A model generated the notes under the pieces. It was not told the DNA's origin and did not search any database. It was given only the letters and a program-made list of their open reading frames with translations. Positions 39,642 through 49,577 of a DNA stretch of 64,000 nucleotides are shown here, piece by piece. Each line of letters opens with the position of its first letter. Position 1 is the stretch's first letter. The position numbers and the translations under genes were made by a program. Origin of the DNA: an uncultured beta proteobacterium (lineage in GTDB: Bacteria; Pseudomonadota; Gammaproteobacteria; Burkholderiales; Casimicrobiaceae); assembly GCA_963829415.1 (NCBI GenBank), contig CAWHII010000004.1, forward strand, positions 238,783 to 302,782, written 5' to 3'.

Positions 39642-40067
39642 TCAGCCCGCCGCGCGGGCTTCGTGCTGCGCCTGGACTACAAGCTTGCAAAAGGTTTCCG
39701 GCGTGAACAGGCGCGGAATGTCCTTGACCTTCATCGGATCGGCGAAGCGTTCGGCGGGGATTTCCGACAGGTACGAGCGCAGTTGCGAAAGTCCGGTCGC
39801 GGACAGTACGCCCTTCTGCTCGAACTCGGCTTCGGTCAGGCTGCCGCGCGCGTTGTCGATGATCTTGCCGCGCGGAATCTTGATCTTGAACGCACGCTCC
39901 AGGCGGAACACCATGTCGAGGAAGTCGATCGACTCGGCGTCCAGCCCTTCGATCAGCGACACGTCGAGCTTGATGTCGGCGACATCGCAACCCAGCGCAT
40001 CGGCCATCGTTTCCGCCACGGTCGGGAACACCGCGTTGATCTCGTCCTTGGTGATTTCTTTTGCCAT
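39642..40067 (-). CDS. Elongated acyl carrier protein (141 aa)
   Basis: LDAESIDFLDMVFRLERAFKIKI with phosphopantetheine Ser, then a ~55 aa insertion before the terminal TPETFCKLV helix. Confidence 0.88.
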   Translation of the reverse strand: MAKEITKDEINAVFPTVAETMADALGCDVADIKLDVSLIEGLDAESIDFLDMVFRLERAFKIKIPRGKIIDNARGSLTEAEFEQKGVLSATGLSQLRSYLSEIPAERFADPMKVKDIPRLFTPETFCKLVVQAQHEARAAG

Positions 40068-40074
40068 CGTTGCC

Positions 40075-40833
40075 TCACTCCATTTTGAAGCCGCCATCGA
40101 TATTGATGATCTGGCCGGTGACATAATCGGCAAAGCGCGAGGCCAGGAACCATACCGCGTAGGCCACTTCCTCGGGCTTGCCATACCGCTTGAGCAGGAT
40201 GCGCGCCTTGACGGCATCGCCCGCCAGCTCGCGCACTTCCTGCGACATTTCCGTTTCGATCACGCCAGGCGCGACCGCGTTGACCGTGATCTTCCGCGGC
40301 GCGAGTTCGACGGCCAGCGAGCGGGTGAAGGCGTTGATCGCGCCTTTGCTTGCCGCGTAGTTGGTCTGGCCGCGACCGCCCTTCTCACCTGCCACCGAGC
40401 TCAGGTTGATGATCTTGCCGCCGCGCTGCACGATCATGTGCGGCGCCACCGCGCGCACGACGTTGAACACCCCGCCGACGTTCGTGTCCAGCACGACTTG
40501 CACGTCGTCGTCGTCCATCGCCGCCAGTTGGTTGTCGCGAATCATCCCGGCGTTGTTGACGAGTATGTCGATCCGGCCGCAGCGCTCGGCGACGCGATCC
40601 ACCGCCGCTGCGCACGCGCGGGAGTCGCGGATGTCCACCTGTTCCATGGCGACCTTCCCCCCGCTCGCCGTGCCCGCGGCAGCGACCTCTGCCGCCGCCG
40701 CCGCGTTGTCGCGATAGAAAAACGTCACGTCGACGCCTTCCCCGGCCAGCAACAGGACAATGGCACGGCCGATGCCGCGGCTGCCGCCGGTCACGATCGC
40801 CACTTTGCCCGAGAGACCTGGGTCCATCGTCAT
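40075..40833 (-). CDS. fabG: 3-oxoacyl-ACP reductase (FabG-like)
   Basis: TGGSRGIG, NNAG, GQTNYAASKGA, VNAVAPGVIETEM. Confidence 0.9.
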   Translation of the reverse strand: MTMDPGLSGKVAIVTGGSRGIGRAIVLLLAGEGVDVTFFYRDNAAAAAEVAAAGTASGGKVAMEQVDIRDSRACAAAVDRVAERCGRIDILVNNAGMIRDNQLAAMDDDDVQVVLDTNVGGVFNVVRAVAPHMIVQRGGKIINLSSVAGEKGGRGQTNYAASKGAINAFTRSLAVELAPRKITVNAVAPGVIETEMSQEVRELAGDAVKARILLKRYGKPEEVAYAVWFLASRFADYVTGQIINIDGGFKME

Positions 40834-40840
40834 CCCGGCA

Positions 40841-41596
40841 TCAGCCCGAAATCGCGAAACCGCCATCGACGACCAGCGTGTGGCCGTTGATCATGCCGGC
40901 TTCGGGCAGGCACAGGAGGAATACGGCGCCCGCGACATCCTGCGGGGTCAGCACCGGACCCGCGGGCGTGCGCTGCGAAAAATTGGCAAGCAATTCCTCG
41001 CGGTTGGGAAAGTACTGCAGCGCGTCGGTGTCGACCACGCCCGCGCTCACTGTATTCACGCGGATGCCGCGAGGCCCCAACTCCTGCGCCAGCGCGCGCA
41101 CCAGCGCCTCGAGCGCGGCCTTGGACGCGCCGATGAAGCCGTAGCCGGGCATCGCGCGCTGCGCACCCAGGCTCGACAACGCAATGATGCGCGCGCCGGG
41201 AGGCATGAGCGGCAAGCCCCGTTGCGTAAGGAGATTCAGGGCCAGCGCGTTGGTCTCCATGCACCAGCGCCAGTGCTTCAGTGTCATGTCGACCGTGGGT
41301 TTGAGCACACCACTGGCTGCATTGCTGACCAGAATGTCGAGCCGATCGAAATGCTTGCCGAATTCGGTGAAGATCTCATCGACGCTGTCCGGAATGCCGA
41401 CGCTCCCGGCGATGGCGCAGGCACGCCGGCCCAGCGCGCGCATCTCCTTGCACAACGCTTCCGCTTCGTCGGCGCTGTTGTAATAGTTGACGGCAACGTC
41501 GCAACCTTCGCGGGCGAGCTTCAACGCAATTGCGCGCCCGATACCGCGGGCCGCGCCGCTGACGAGCGCCACTTTGCCGGTCAATGCGCCTGCCAT
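40841..41596 (-). CDS. fabL: Enoyl-ACP reductase, FabL type
   Basis: NAASGVLKP, SSLGAQR, YGFIGASKAALE, GVVDTDALQYFPNREELL, closely matching Bacillus FabL motifs as recalled. Confidence 0.8.
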   Translation of the reverse strand: MAGALTGKVALVSGAARGIGRAIALKLAREGCDVAVNYYNSADEAEALCKEMRALGRRACAIAGSVGIPDSVDEIFTEFGKHFDRLDILVSNAASGVLKPTVDMTLKHWRWCMETNALALNLLTQRGLPLMPPGARIIALSSLGAQRAMPGYGFIGASKAALEALVRALAQELGPRGIRVNTVSAGVVDTDALQYFPNREELLANFSQRTPAGPVLTPQDVAGAVFLLCLPEAGMINGHTLVVDGGFAISG

Positions 41597-41664
41597 GATG
41601 GAGGTCTCGAAAGTCCGGCCCGTTCCTGTATCCGGCAACAGGCCGGTCGGGACAGGCAAAACCG

Positions 41665-42990
41665 CTATTCTACCGTGCCCACCCCTGCCGACTGGCCCAA
41701 GGTCGTCAGGCATTGTCGAAGGTCGGCCGCTATCTTATCAACCGTCCCATCCTCGAACGCCCCGGTACGGTAGGAGATGCCGGCTTCCAGCGCGCCCCCG
41801 GCCGTGGTCACGGCAACCACCATGGGCGCCAGGGGCCCGGTCGACACGCCGCGCACATACGCGGGCGCTGGGCCGTACGCGCCGCCCTCCTGCCAAAGCG
41901 CATCGACGTTGAGCATGGTGACGCCGACCCAGACCGGCCAGTTCTTGACGTGAAAGCGCTGTCTTTGTTCCAGACCCAGGAAGCGCCACACGATGCCGCT
42001 GTAGAACATCACGACCAGCGTCTGGAGGTATAGCCGACGTCTTTTCCATTCCGCGGACTGCACATGGATGTCCTGCGCCAGCTCACGCAACCCCACTCCT
42101 TCAGGAACCCGGTGCGCGACCCGGAAGGAACTCAGGAACTGTCCAAACCACGCGCGCGCATCGGCCCCGACGTCGTTGCGGATGTTGATGATCGACGCTG
42201 CGGCCAGGTAGACGCGTCGCCGCGCCGTCAGCCTCTTTTCGGCCAGCGGAGAGAGTGTCTGGAGCATGACCGCGATGATCAGGTCGTTGAGCGTCACATT
42301 CCACGCCTTCGCCGTACGCAGTACCGCGGCGAATTCGGATGGGCCAAGCCGCACGGACGTGAAGCCGTTGGTCGGGTCGGGCCAGCGCAGGTATCGCGGG
42401 CGATGCGAGTGCCGGCAATTCAATGCCAGACGGGGCAGGCTCGGCAAACCGCGCAGCACCGCGCCCGCGTGGCGCCACAGCAGGCGCCGGAACGTGTCCG
42501 GGTATAGACCGGGCACAGCCTGCGGCGGCGGCGCGCTCCCATTGGCCGCATATCGGGCGACGATCGCCTGGAGCAGCAGCGCGATCGAGTCGCCGCCCGC
42601 GACGAAATGATCGTAAGCGAGGGCAAACTCGAACGTCGCTCCCGCGTCGACCGCGAAAAATCGGAAGGGATCGATGGCCCCGTCGGCGGGAAACGGGTTG
42701 TTCAGCTGGCGTTCGATTTCCGCGCGCAGGACACCCCGCGGATCCGCACCGCCGGGCAGGACCGGCAGCGCAAAGCGTGCCTCGCCTCCGGCATATTCGT
42801 AGCGGCCGCGCACAGCGTCCAGCGTGAGGTGGGTGAGGCCGCGTGCCTCGAGCTCGCCCCTGATCGCGGCGCCGAGACGCACGGCATCGAGGGGCGCGGC
42901 GACATGGACCGCATGCACCGCGCTGTACGGATGCAACTCGCGCCAGCGCAGCATGGTCACCTGGAACAGGTTCAGCGTGCCCCGCATCAT
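41665..42990 (-). CDS. Condensation-domain/PapA5-like CoA-dependent acyltransferase-fold protein with altered motif
   Basis: YDHFVAGGDS at the HHxxxDG position, WNVTLNDLIIA, INIRN, GQFLSSF; ATGA overlap with upstream gene. Confidence 0.68.
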   Translation of the reverse strand: MMRGTLNLFQVTMLRWRELHPYSAVHAVHVAAPLDAVRLGAAIRGELEARGLTHLTLDAVRGRYEYAGGEARFALPVLPGGADPRGVLRAEIERQLNNPFPADGAIDPFRFFAVDAGATFEFALAYDHFVAGGDSIALLLQAIVARYAANGSAPPPQAVPGLYPDTFRRLLWRHAGAVLRGLPSLPRLALNCRHSHRPRYLRWPDPTNGFTSVRLGPSEFAAVLRTAKAWNVTLNDLIIAVMLQTLSPLAEKRLTARRRVYLAAASIINIRNDVGADARAWFGQFLSSFRVAHRVPEGVGLRELAQDIHVQSAEWKRRRLYLQTLVVMFYSGIVWRFLGLEQRQRFHVKNWPVWVGVTMLNVDALWQEGGAYGPAPAYVRGVSTGPLAPMVVAVTTAGGALEAGISYRTGAFEDGTVDKIAADLRQCLTTLGQSAGVGTVE

Positions 42991-43999
42991 TGACTTTCCG
43001 GAGTCCGCAGCACTTGCTGCGCCGATTGGCACCAATGCTGTTTCACGCTGTACCAGATGTCGGCAGCGTGCAACAGGTTGGTGGTGTCGACCCCGGCCGC
43101 GTCAGGCAGCGCCACGGCGGCGTCCGGCGACCAGGAGTCGATCCACTTGCGCGTGACTTCGTTGGTCGCGAGGTTCAGGGTGTCCGGGATGCGGATGTGG
43201 CCGGTGACGGCAGGCAAGGTGACATTGCGCACGCGTGCCGTACCGATGGCCACGTACGGCTCGGGGTCGCCGAACGTTCCCGCAATGGGGTCCCAGGGTA
43301 TCGAAAATCCGGTGAAGTCTTCGGCAGTATCCGGAATCCTGCGCAACTTCGCGATCATGTCCCATTGACCCAGAAATATTCGCGGCAGCTTGCCTGTCGC
43401 CATGGCTGTTGCATAGCCGACGGTGAGACCCTTGACCGGGCGCGTGGCGCCGGTGCGCGGATCGCGAATCGTCGTGCGCGCCAGGGCGTCGCCCGCGAGC
43501 GGATTCCAGACCGGAATGGTCTCGTGGAAAGCCCCGTTCAACTCGTACAGGATACGGATCGCCATCATTCCGCCCTGGCTATGGCCGATCAGCATCGGCA
43601 TCATGCCTTCGGATTCGTAATACCACGCCAGCATTCCCGCCCACTTGAGGCTGTCGCCGAAACTTCCCTGCGACAAACTGCCGTCGCGGGGATCGCGGAT
43701 CTGCTGCTCCGGATAACCCATGGCGATCAGGAAGTGGGCGAACGGCTCCATGGTCACCACGGCGAGGCTGCCCTGGAACAGGATGATCCGCGGTGCCGGA
43801 CCCGGCGCCAGCAGCCGGGCCACGTCGGCGGAACCGACGTGCCGGCAATCGAGCGCGAGAAGGCTGCGGATGCCTGCAGCGTCCAGCTCGTGTGCAGGTT
43901 GCAATGGCGGATCGTCCGCAGCCGACGCACCGCCGGCGACAGGCAAGTCAACAGCGCGCAGAGTAGCGAACCGAGCAGCGCACGGCGCGGGAGTGACAT
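42987..43999 (-). CDS. Secreted alpha/beta hydrolase; signal peptide separated by an apparent 1-nt deletion near 43930
   Basis: ATG 43999 gives MSLPRRALLGSLLCALLTCLSPA, which joins GASA-ADDPP in the main frame; GHSQGG nucleophile. Confidence 0.72.
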
Positions 44000-44079
44000 C
44001 GAAGGGCGTTGCCGGAATCGGATCGGGATCCTCCTTCGTGCATTGTCGCAACGGGTAGAAGGGCTCCTACTGACTACCG

Positions 44080-44694
44080 TCAAGATATGCGGGGAAAGAA
44101 CCTTCCGGTCCGTTGCACGTAGCGGGAATAGTCGTCGGGTTGCGTTTGCAGCAGATGTCGCTCCTCGTTGCGCGCTTTCACGTTCATCAACGCGATGTGC
44201 GCCAATGCAACCGTTACCATCGGCAGCGTCGGCACCACGACCACGGTACAGATCATGAGCAGTATCTGAAAGGCGTAGATCGGGTGGCGGATGCGGCGGA
44301 ACGGCCCGTCGGTGATGAGATTGGTCTTCTCGTCGACGGCCACCGCCATCCGCCAATCCTTGCCCATGCGCGCCCAGCATCGCGCCGTAGCGATCAGGCA
44401 GAGCACCGCGACGATCGCGGCCAGCCAGCGGCATGCGCCGTAGACGGGCATCTGAGACGCAAATGCCGGTATCGCCAGCGGTAGGCGGGTTCCCGTTTGG
44501 GCGAGCCATGGCAGGATGATCCAGAGAGCGACCACCGGGACGAAGATCGCCCCCATGAAGCGTTCCAACGGCTGCTTCGGCGACAGAATGGGTATGTCGC
44601 GGGAATGCCGTTTCACCCGGACGATCATCATTCCGACTCCGAACCAATAGGCACAGATCGTTGCGGTAATGATGGCGGCAGGCAGATCGTTCAT
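44080..44694 (-). CDS. Isoprenylcysteine carboxyl methyltransferase / PEMT-family membrane methyltransferase
   Basis: TM helices, LITDGPFRRIRHPIY, EERHL, RFFP. Confidence 0.88.
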   Translation of the reverse strand: MNDLPAAIITATICAYWFGVGMMIVRVKRHSRDIPILSPKQPLERFMGAIFVPVVALWIILPWLAQTGTRLPLAIPAFASQMPVYGACRWLAAIVAVLCLIATARCWARMGKDWRMAVAVDEKTNLITDGPFRRIRHPIYAFQILLMICTVVVVPTLPMVTVALAHIALMNVKARNEERHLLQTQPDDYSRYVQRTGRFFPRIS

Positions 44695-44982
44695 GGCTTG
44701 GTCGCAACTGGTTTGGCGGCAATGTCGCGGGTGCGGTTCCTTGAAGGGTACGACAGGGTGCGGCCGAAGGGCAATGTTGCGCCGCCAGCGCAACTGTGTC
44801 ATGCGCCGGTCCCTTGCCGCCCTCTCGCACCGAGGTTCGCCGGGAGGGCATTGGGCCTGCCGCCAACGCCCAATTTTCCGGGATCCCAAGCGCAAGGCGC
44901 AGGCAGTAGAATTGTCGCGCCATGTCCTCGCCCGTCCTCTCCGACGTCGCGCAATCAGCCAACGAATCCGGCGGCGCCCGCG

Positions 44983-47341
44983 ATGCTGCGGCCAGGCGAG
45001 GCGCATGCGCTGCTGCGGGTCGGCTTCGATCGCTTCCTTACGAAACTCCAGGAATTGACGGCGGCGGCAATCGACGCCACGGACGACCTGTTCGAGGCGA
45101 CCAGTCACGTACCGGACGGAGAAATAGAGGCATTCCGGCAAAAACGGGCGGAATGGCTCACCCGATTCGCGACGACGCAGCGGGACCTGTTCCTGCGTCG
45201 GCTGGCCGGCCAACGCCGGAAAGGATTGCGCCCGGACGCCGATGCCTCCGTCGGCGCGCTCCGGGTTCTCACGCCTTTCGACCAGGAAAAGCAGGCCGCG
45301 CTGACTCACGCGGCGCGTCTACTTGCCAACTTCACGCAAAGGGAACTGGCGGCGCTGGACCTGCGCGTGGGCGTGCTGCTTGCGGAAGGCAAGGCGCACG
45401 AACTCGATAATCCATTCGCGACTCCTTACATACTCGATGCCCTGGGTTCCACCTCGCGCGCCGTGTATCCCGCTCCGCGCGTGTGGCGGCCGTTGATGGA
45501 ACGCCTGTTGATCGACCTCACGCCCAACTTCAACGGTCTCTACATCGCGCTCAACCGGTTGCTGGCAGACCACGGTGTCCTTCCGGAAATCAAGGCCACG
45601 TTAAGGGCACGCAGCGAACATCGCCCCAGCGACGACCGCGACCTGCTGGCGACGTTCACGCAAATGCTGCACGCCGCAGAGCAGCCGATTCCCGGTGACA
45701 TCGTCGTGCCGGAATTCGCGGTAGTACCTGGCGCGCCTCCGGCATTGACTTTCGACCGCAGCCCCGCCCCGGGGACGATCGCGCAGGCTGCAGTGGACCT
45801 GCGCGTGCCGCCGCAAATGGTTTCTGCCGACATTCTCGCCGGCCTCACGGCCCTCGCCGCGCTTGGCGCAAAGAGTGTTTCGGGCGCCTCCGCGACGTCC
45901 TTCGCCGAAAATTCCAGCGCCATTGCGGCGGCGGCCGACCCGGCAAATTCCGCAAACGAATTTCCGAGCCTCGATCCGCTGATGGCGCTCGGCACGTCCA
46001 CGTCGCTGTTCGCCACGCTGGCGCAATGGCAGAAGGTCGATCTTCGCACCGCGATCGCGCGCCTGGCGCCGCCGCCGGCCGAAGGCGACGCGGCAGCCGG
46101 CGCCATCGTTCCGCTCAATCTGATTCCGCACATCCGCGCGGCAGTCGCCGCCCAGATCTCGAATCCGGCCGATGCCATCTCGGTGGATGTCATCGGGCTC
46201 CTGTTCGATTACATTTTTCGCGACCCGACCATTCCCGAGTCCACGCGCGCGCTCTTCGGCCGTCTGCAGGTGCCGATCGTCAAGGCCGCGCTGCTCGATC
46301 GAGCATTCTTCGCCGACAAGAAACACCCGGCGCGGCAGCTGCTCGATCATCTGGCCGACGCCGCCGTCGGCGCAGCGAACGACGAAGCGTATCGCGTCTC
46401 ATTCGAAGCCGCGGCGCAGAAGGCCATCGACCGGATCTGCGCGAATTTCGAAATCGACGTTGCCGTCTTCCGCGATGCCGACCGGGAACTGGTGGCGTTT
46501 GCCGAGCAGGAGCGTCAGAGGTCGGCGGCGGCGCTGGCAACCGAAGTGGCCGATGCGTTGCATGCGGAGGAGGACGAAGCCGATCGCGCCGTTGTGCGCG
46601 AGCTCCTGCGCGACAGGCTCGCCGGACTCGACGTCCCCTTCGAGGTGCGGTCGTTCATCGAGACCATCTGGGCCGACTACCTGGCCACGCTGCGCCGCGA
46701 ACACGGCGTCGACAGTCCGCAGTGGAATGCCGCGCTCGTCACGCTCGACGAAACGTTGTGGAGCATCGTCGCCAAGGAGCGCACCGCGCAAAAGGCGCGT
46801 CTTTCGAAAATGATCCCTTCGCTGATCGGCGCTTTGCGTGCCGGCTGCAAGTCGCTGCAAGCGCCGGCCGAGCGCTCGAAGGCTTTTTTCGATGCGCTCT
46901 ACCAACTGCATATGTCCGCGATCAGGCCGGCGGCAACCGCTCAGGTTGCGGTTGCGAGCGCCCCCGAGGCGAATGCCGCCGAGGCGACCGCCGAGGCCCC
47001 CATGCCGTCGCCACCACCGGTCAACGTGCACGACTACGTGGGCGAAATGGTCGTCGGCACGTGGCTCCGCTTCGACCTCGACGAGGGGGCGATCGACGCC
47101 CGCTTGAACTGGGTCAGCCCGTTGCGCGCGAAATACATCTTCACCAGCCGGTCGCGCTCGCACGCCTTGATGCTTTCGCCGGAGGAGCTGGCCTATCGAT
47201 TGGGCAGCGGCACGGCGAGGCTGGTGGTCGAACCCGTGCCGTTGTGGGACCGCGCGGTCAGCTCGGCGCTCGACACGCTCGCCGCACGCAGGCCGCCCTG
47301 CGCCCGCCGGCACCGGGATACCGGCACATGCCCCAGCGTGA
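44983..47341 (+). CDS. DUF1631 family protein (3' end probably frameshifted near 47299)
   Basis: LFDYIFRD..LFGRLQVPIVKAALLD..FF..HPARQLLD; C-terminal GTWLRF..LNWVSP..LWDRAVSSALD; one-base correction ends it at TGA 47339-47341; start uncertain (44922/44983). Confidence 0.75.
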
Positions 47342-47391
47342 GGCTGTCGCCGCGCGGATGCCGACAACGACGCACAATCCACGAACCCACG

Positions 47392-49325
47392 ATGCCCCTG
47401 ATCACGCTTTCGCGCGCCCGCCTTGCGTTTGGGCACCATCCTCTGCTCGACGGCGCCGATTTTCAGCTCGACGCACGCGAACGCGTCGGACTCATCGGCC
47501 GCAATGGCACCGGCAAGTCGTCGCTGCTCCGCGTTCTGGCCGGACTCGCGGAGCTGGATGGCGGCGAATCCTGGACGGCGCCCGGCACGCGCATCGCTTG
47601 CGTCGTGCAGGAACCGGAATTCAACGCAGACCATTCGGTTTTCGACACCGTGGCGCTGGGTTTGGGAGCCGAAGGCCGGCTGTTGACGGACTATCATCAC
47701 GCGATAGCCGTCCTGGCGGACGACAGCGGCAATGCCGACCGACTTGCTCGTCGTGGCCTCGCTGCAAAGCCGGCTCGACGACAGCGGCGGCTGGGCGTTG
47801 TCGCATCGCGTCGACACCGTGCTGTCAAGGCTCGAACTGCCGCCCGACCGGCGGGTGGGCGACCTCTCGGGAGGCTGGCAAAAGCGGGTGGCGCTGGCGC
47901 AGGCGCTGGTTGGCGTGCCCGACGTGCTGTTGCTGGACGAGCCGACCAATCACCTCGACTTCACGGCGATCGCATGGCTCGAGCAACTGCTGCAGAATTT
48001 CGACGGCGCGGTCGTGTGCGTCACCCACGACCGCCGCTTCCTCGACACGGTGGCCACTCGAATCGTCGAACTCGACCGCGGGCGCCTCTCGTCCTATCCG
48101 GGCAACTTCGCCGCCTATCAGGAACGCAAGGCAGCGCCAGCAGGACGATGAAGCCGTGGTCAACGCCAAGGCCGACAAGTTCCTGGCGCAGGAGGAGGCC
48201 TGGATCCGCCAAGGCGTCGAAGCGCGCCGCACGCGCAACGAAGGCCGCGTGCTGCGACTCGAAGCGCTGCGGCGCGAACGCGCCGCCCGGCGCGAGCGAC
48301 TGGGTCGCGTCAACCTGCAACTGGCCGCGGGCGAACGTTCGGGCCAATTGGTGGCCGAACTCGTGGACGTCAGCAAGGACTATGGCGACGGCGCGCTGAT
48401 TCGCGATTTTTCCACGCGCGTGATCCGCGGCGACCGCATCGGTCTCATCGGTCCCAACGGCGCGGGCAAGAGCACGCTTCTCAAGCTGATCCTCGGGGAA
48501 GTCGAGCCCGACCGGGGCACCGTGCGCCGCGGCACGAATTTGAGCGTCGCATATTTCGACCAGTTGCGCGAACAGCTCGACCCGTTGGCGACGCTGATCG
48601 ACACCATCAACCCCGGCGCCGAATTCGTGGAGATCGGCGGCAAGCGCATGCACGTGATCACCTATCTGGGCGATTTCCTGTTCCCGCCGGAACGCGCGCG
48701 CTCGCCGGTCTCGTCGCTGTCGGGCGGGGAGCGCAATCGCCTGCTGCTGGCGCGGCTGTTCGCGCAGCCGGCCAACGTGCTGGTGCTGGATGAACCGACC
48801 AACGACCTCGACATCGACACGCTCGAACTGCTCGAGGCCCTGCTGCAGGACTATCGCGGCACGCTGTTCCTGGTCAGCCACGACCGCGCCTTTCTGGACA
48901 ACGTCGTCACCCAGACGATCGCGTTCGAGGGCGACGGTCTACTGCGCGAATATCGCCGGCGGCTTCAGCGACTGGGCGGAGTATCACGCGCGCCGGAACG
49001 CGCAGATCGAGGAGGCGCGCACGATTGGCGTCCGCGGCCGTGCGGCCCGCGCCTGCCCGGCCAACCCGGACCGCACGCACGCCTCAACTTCAACGAGCAA
49101 CGCGAATTGGCCGCCCTTCCCGGACAAATCGAGGCGCTGGAGAAGGCGGCCAACGACCTGCGCGACCGCTTCGCGAACTCCGCCCTCTATCGCGAAGGCG
49201 CGGCCGCGGTCAAGGCGCTGCAGGAGCAGCTCGGTTTGCGCGAAAGCGAACTCGCCGCCGCCTACGCCCGGTGGGAAGCGCTCGAAACACGCAACAGCGC
49301 ACTTGCCGCAACGAGTGGAGTCTAG
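47392..49325 (+). CDS. uup: ABC-F protein Uup, with about four apparent indels
   Basis: GRNGTGKS, LSGGWQKRVALA, LLLDEPTNHLD, WIRQGVEARRTRNEGRV, GPNGAGKS, LSGGERNR, terminal YARWEALE; frame changes near 47745, 48135, 48955 and 49070. Confidence 0.85.
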
Positions 49326-49334
49326 ATCATCGCC

Positions 49335-49550
49335 ATGCAGGAACTCGAATTCACGCCTACCGGCGATTTCATCGAATTGCACCAGCTGCTCAAGCTGTCG
49401 GGTCTCGCCGACAGCGGCGGCGCGGGAAAGGCGCTGGTCGCATCCGGCGCGGTGAGCGTCGATGGCCGGCAGGAGTTGCGCAAGACCGCCAAGATCCGCG
49501 CAGGGCAATGCGTGACCGTCGGGCAAGTGCGCATTCGCGTGGTACGCTGA
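49335..49550 (+). CDS. S4-domain RNA-binding protein (YbcJ/YaaA-like)
   Basis: FIELHQLLKLSGLADSGGAGK..VDG..ELRKTAKIRAG. Confidence 0.9.
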   Translation: MQELEFTPTGDFIELHQLLKLSGLADSGGAGKALVASGAVSVDGRQELRKTAKIRAGQCVTVGQVRIRVVR

Positions 49551-49577
49551 AGTCTCGCCTCCCCCGCCATTTCCTGA

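Noticed and set aside
33756-44694. Aryl polyene, aromatic type II PKS or ladderane cluster
   Set aside because: There is no acyl-AMP ligase, glycosyltransferase, ammonia lyase, cyclase or radical-SAM gene, and an enoyl reductase plus LpxL/LpxO point to a reduced acyl chain on a lipid.
44497-48399. 1300-aa ORF suggesting a DUF1631-ABC-F fusion
   Set aside because: A one-base correction near 47299 ends DUF1631 at TGA 47341, and uup has its own start at 47392 (MPLITL). The region has many other indels.
47700-49100. Programmed ribosomal frameshifting in uup
   Set aside because: There are four separate shifts with no slippery heptamer recognised; sequencing error is simpler.
46026-49325. 1099-aa ORF
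   Set aside because: Only the part after ~48135 is Uup sequence; the rest is off-frame GC-rich read-through.
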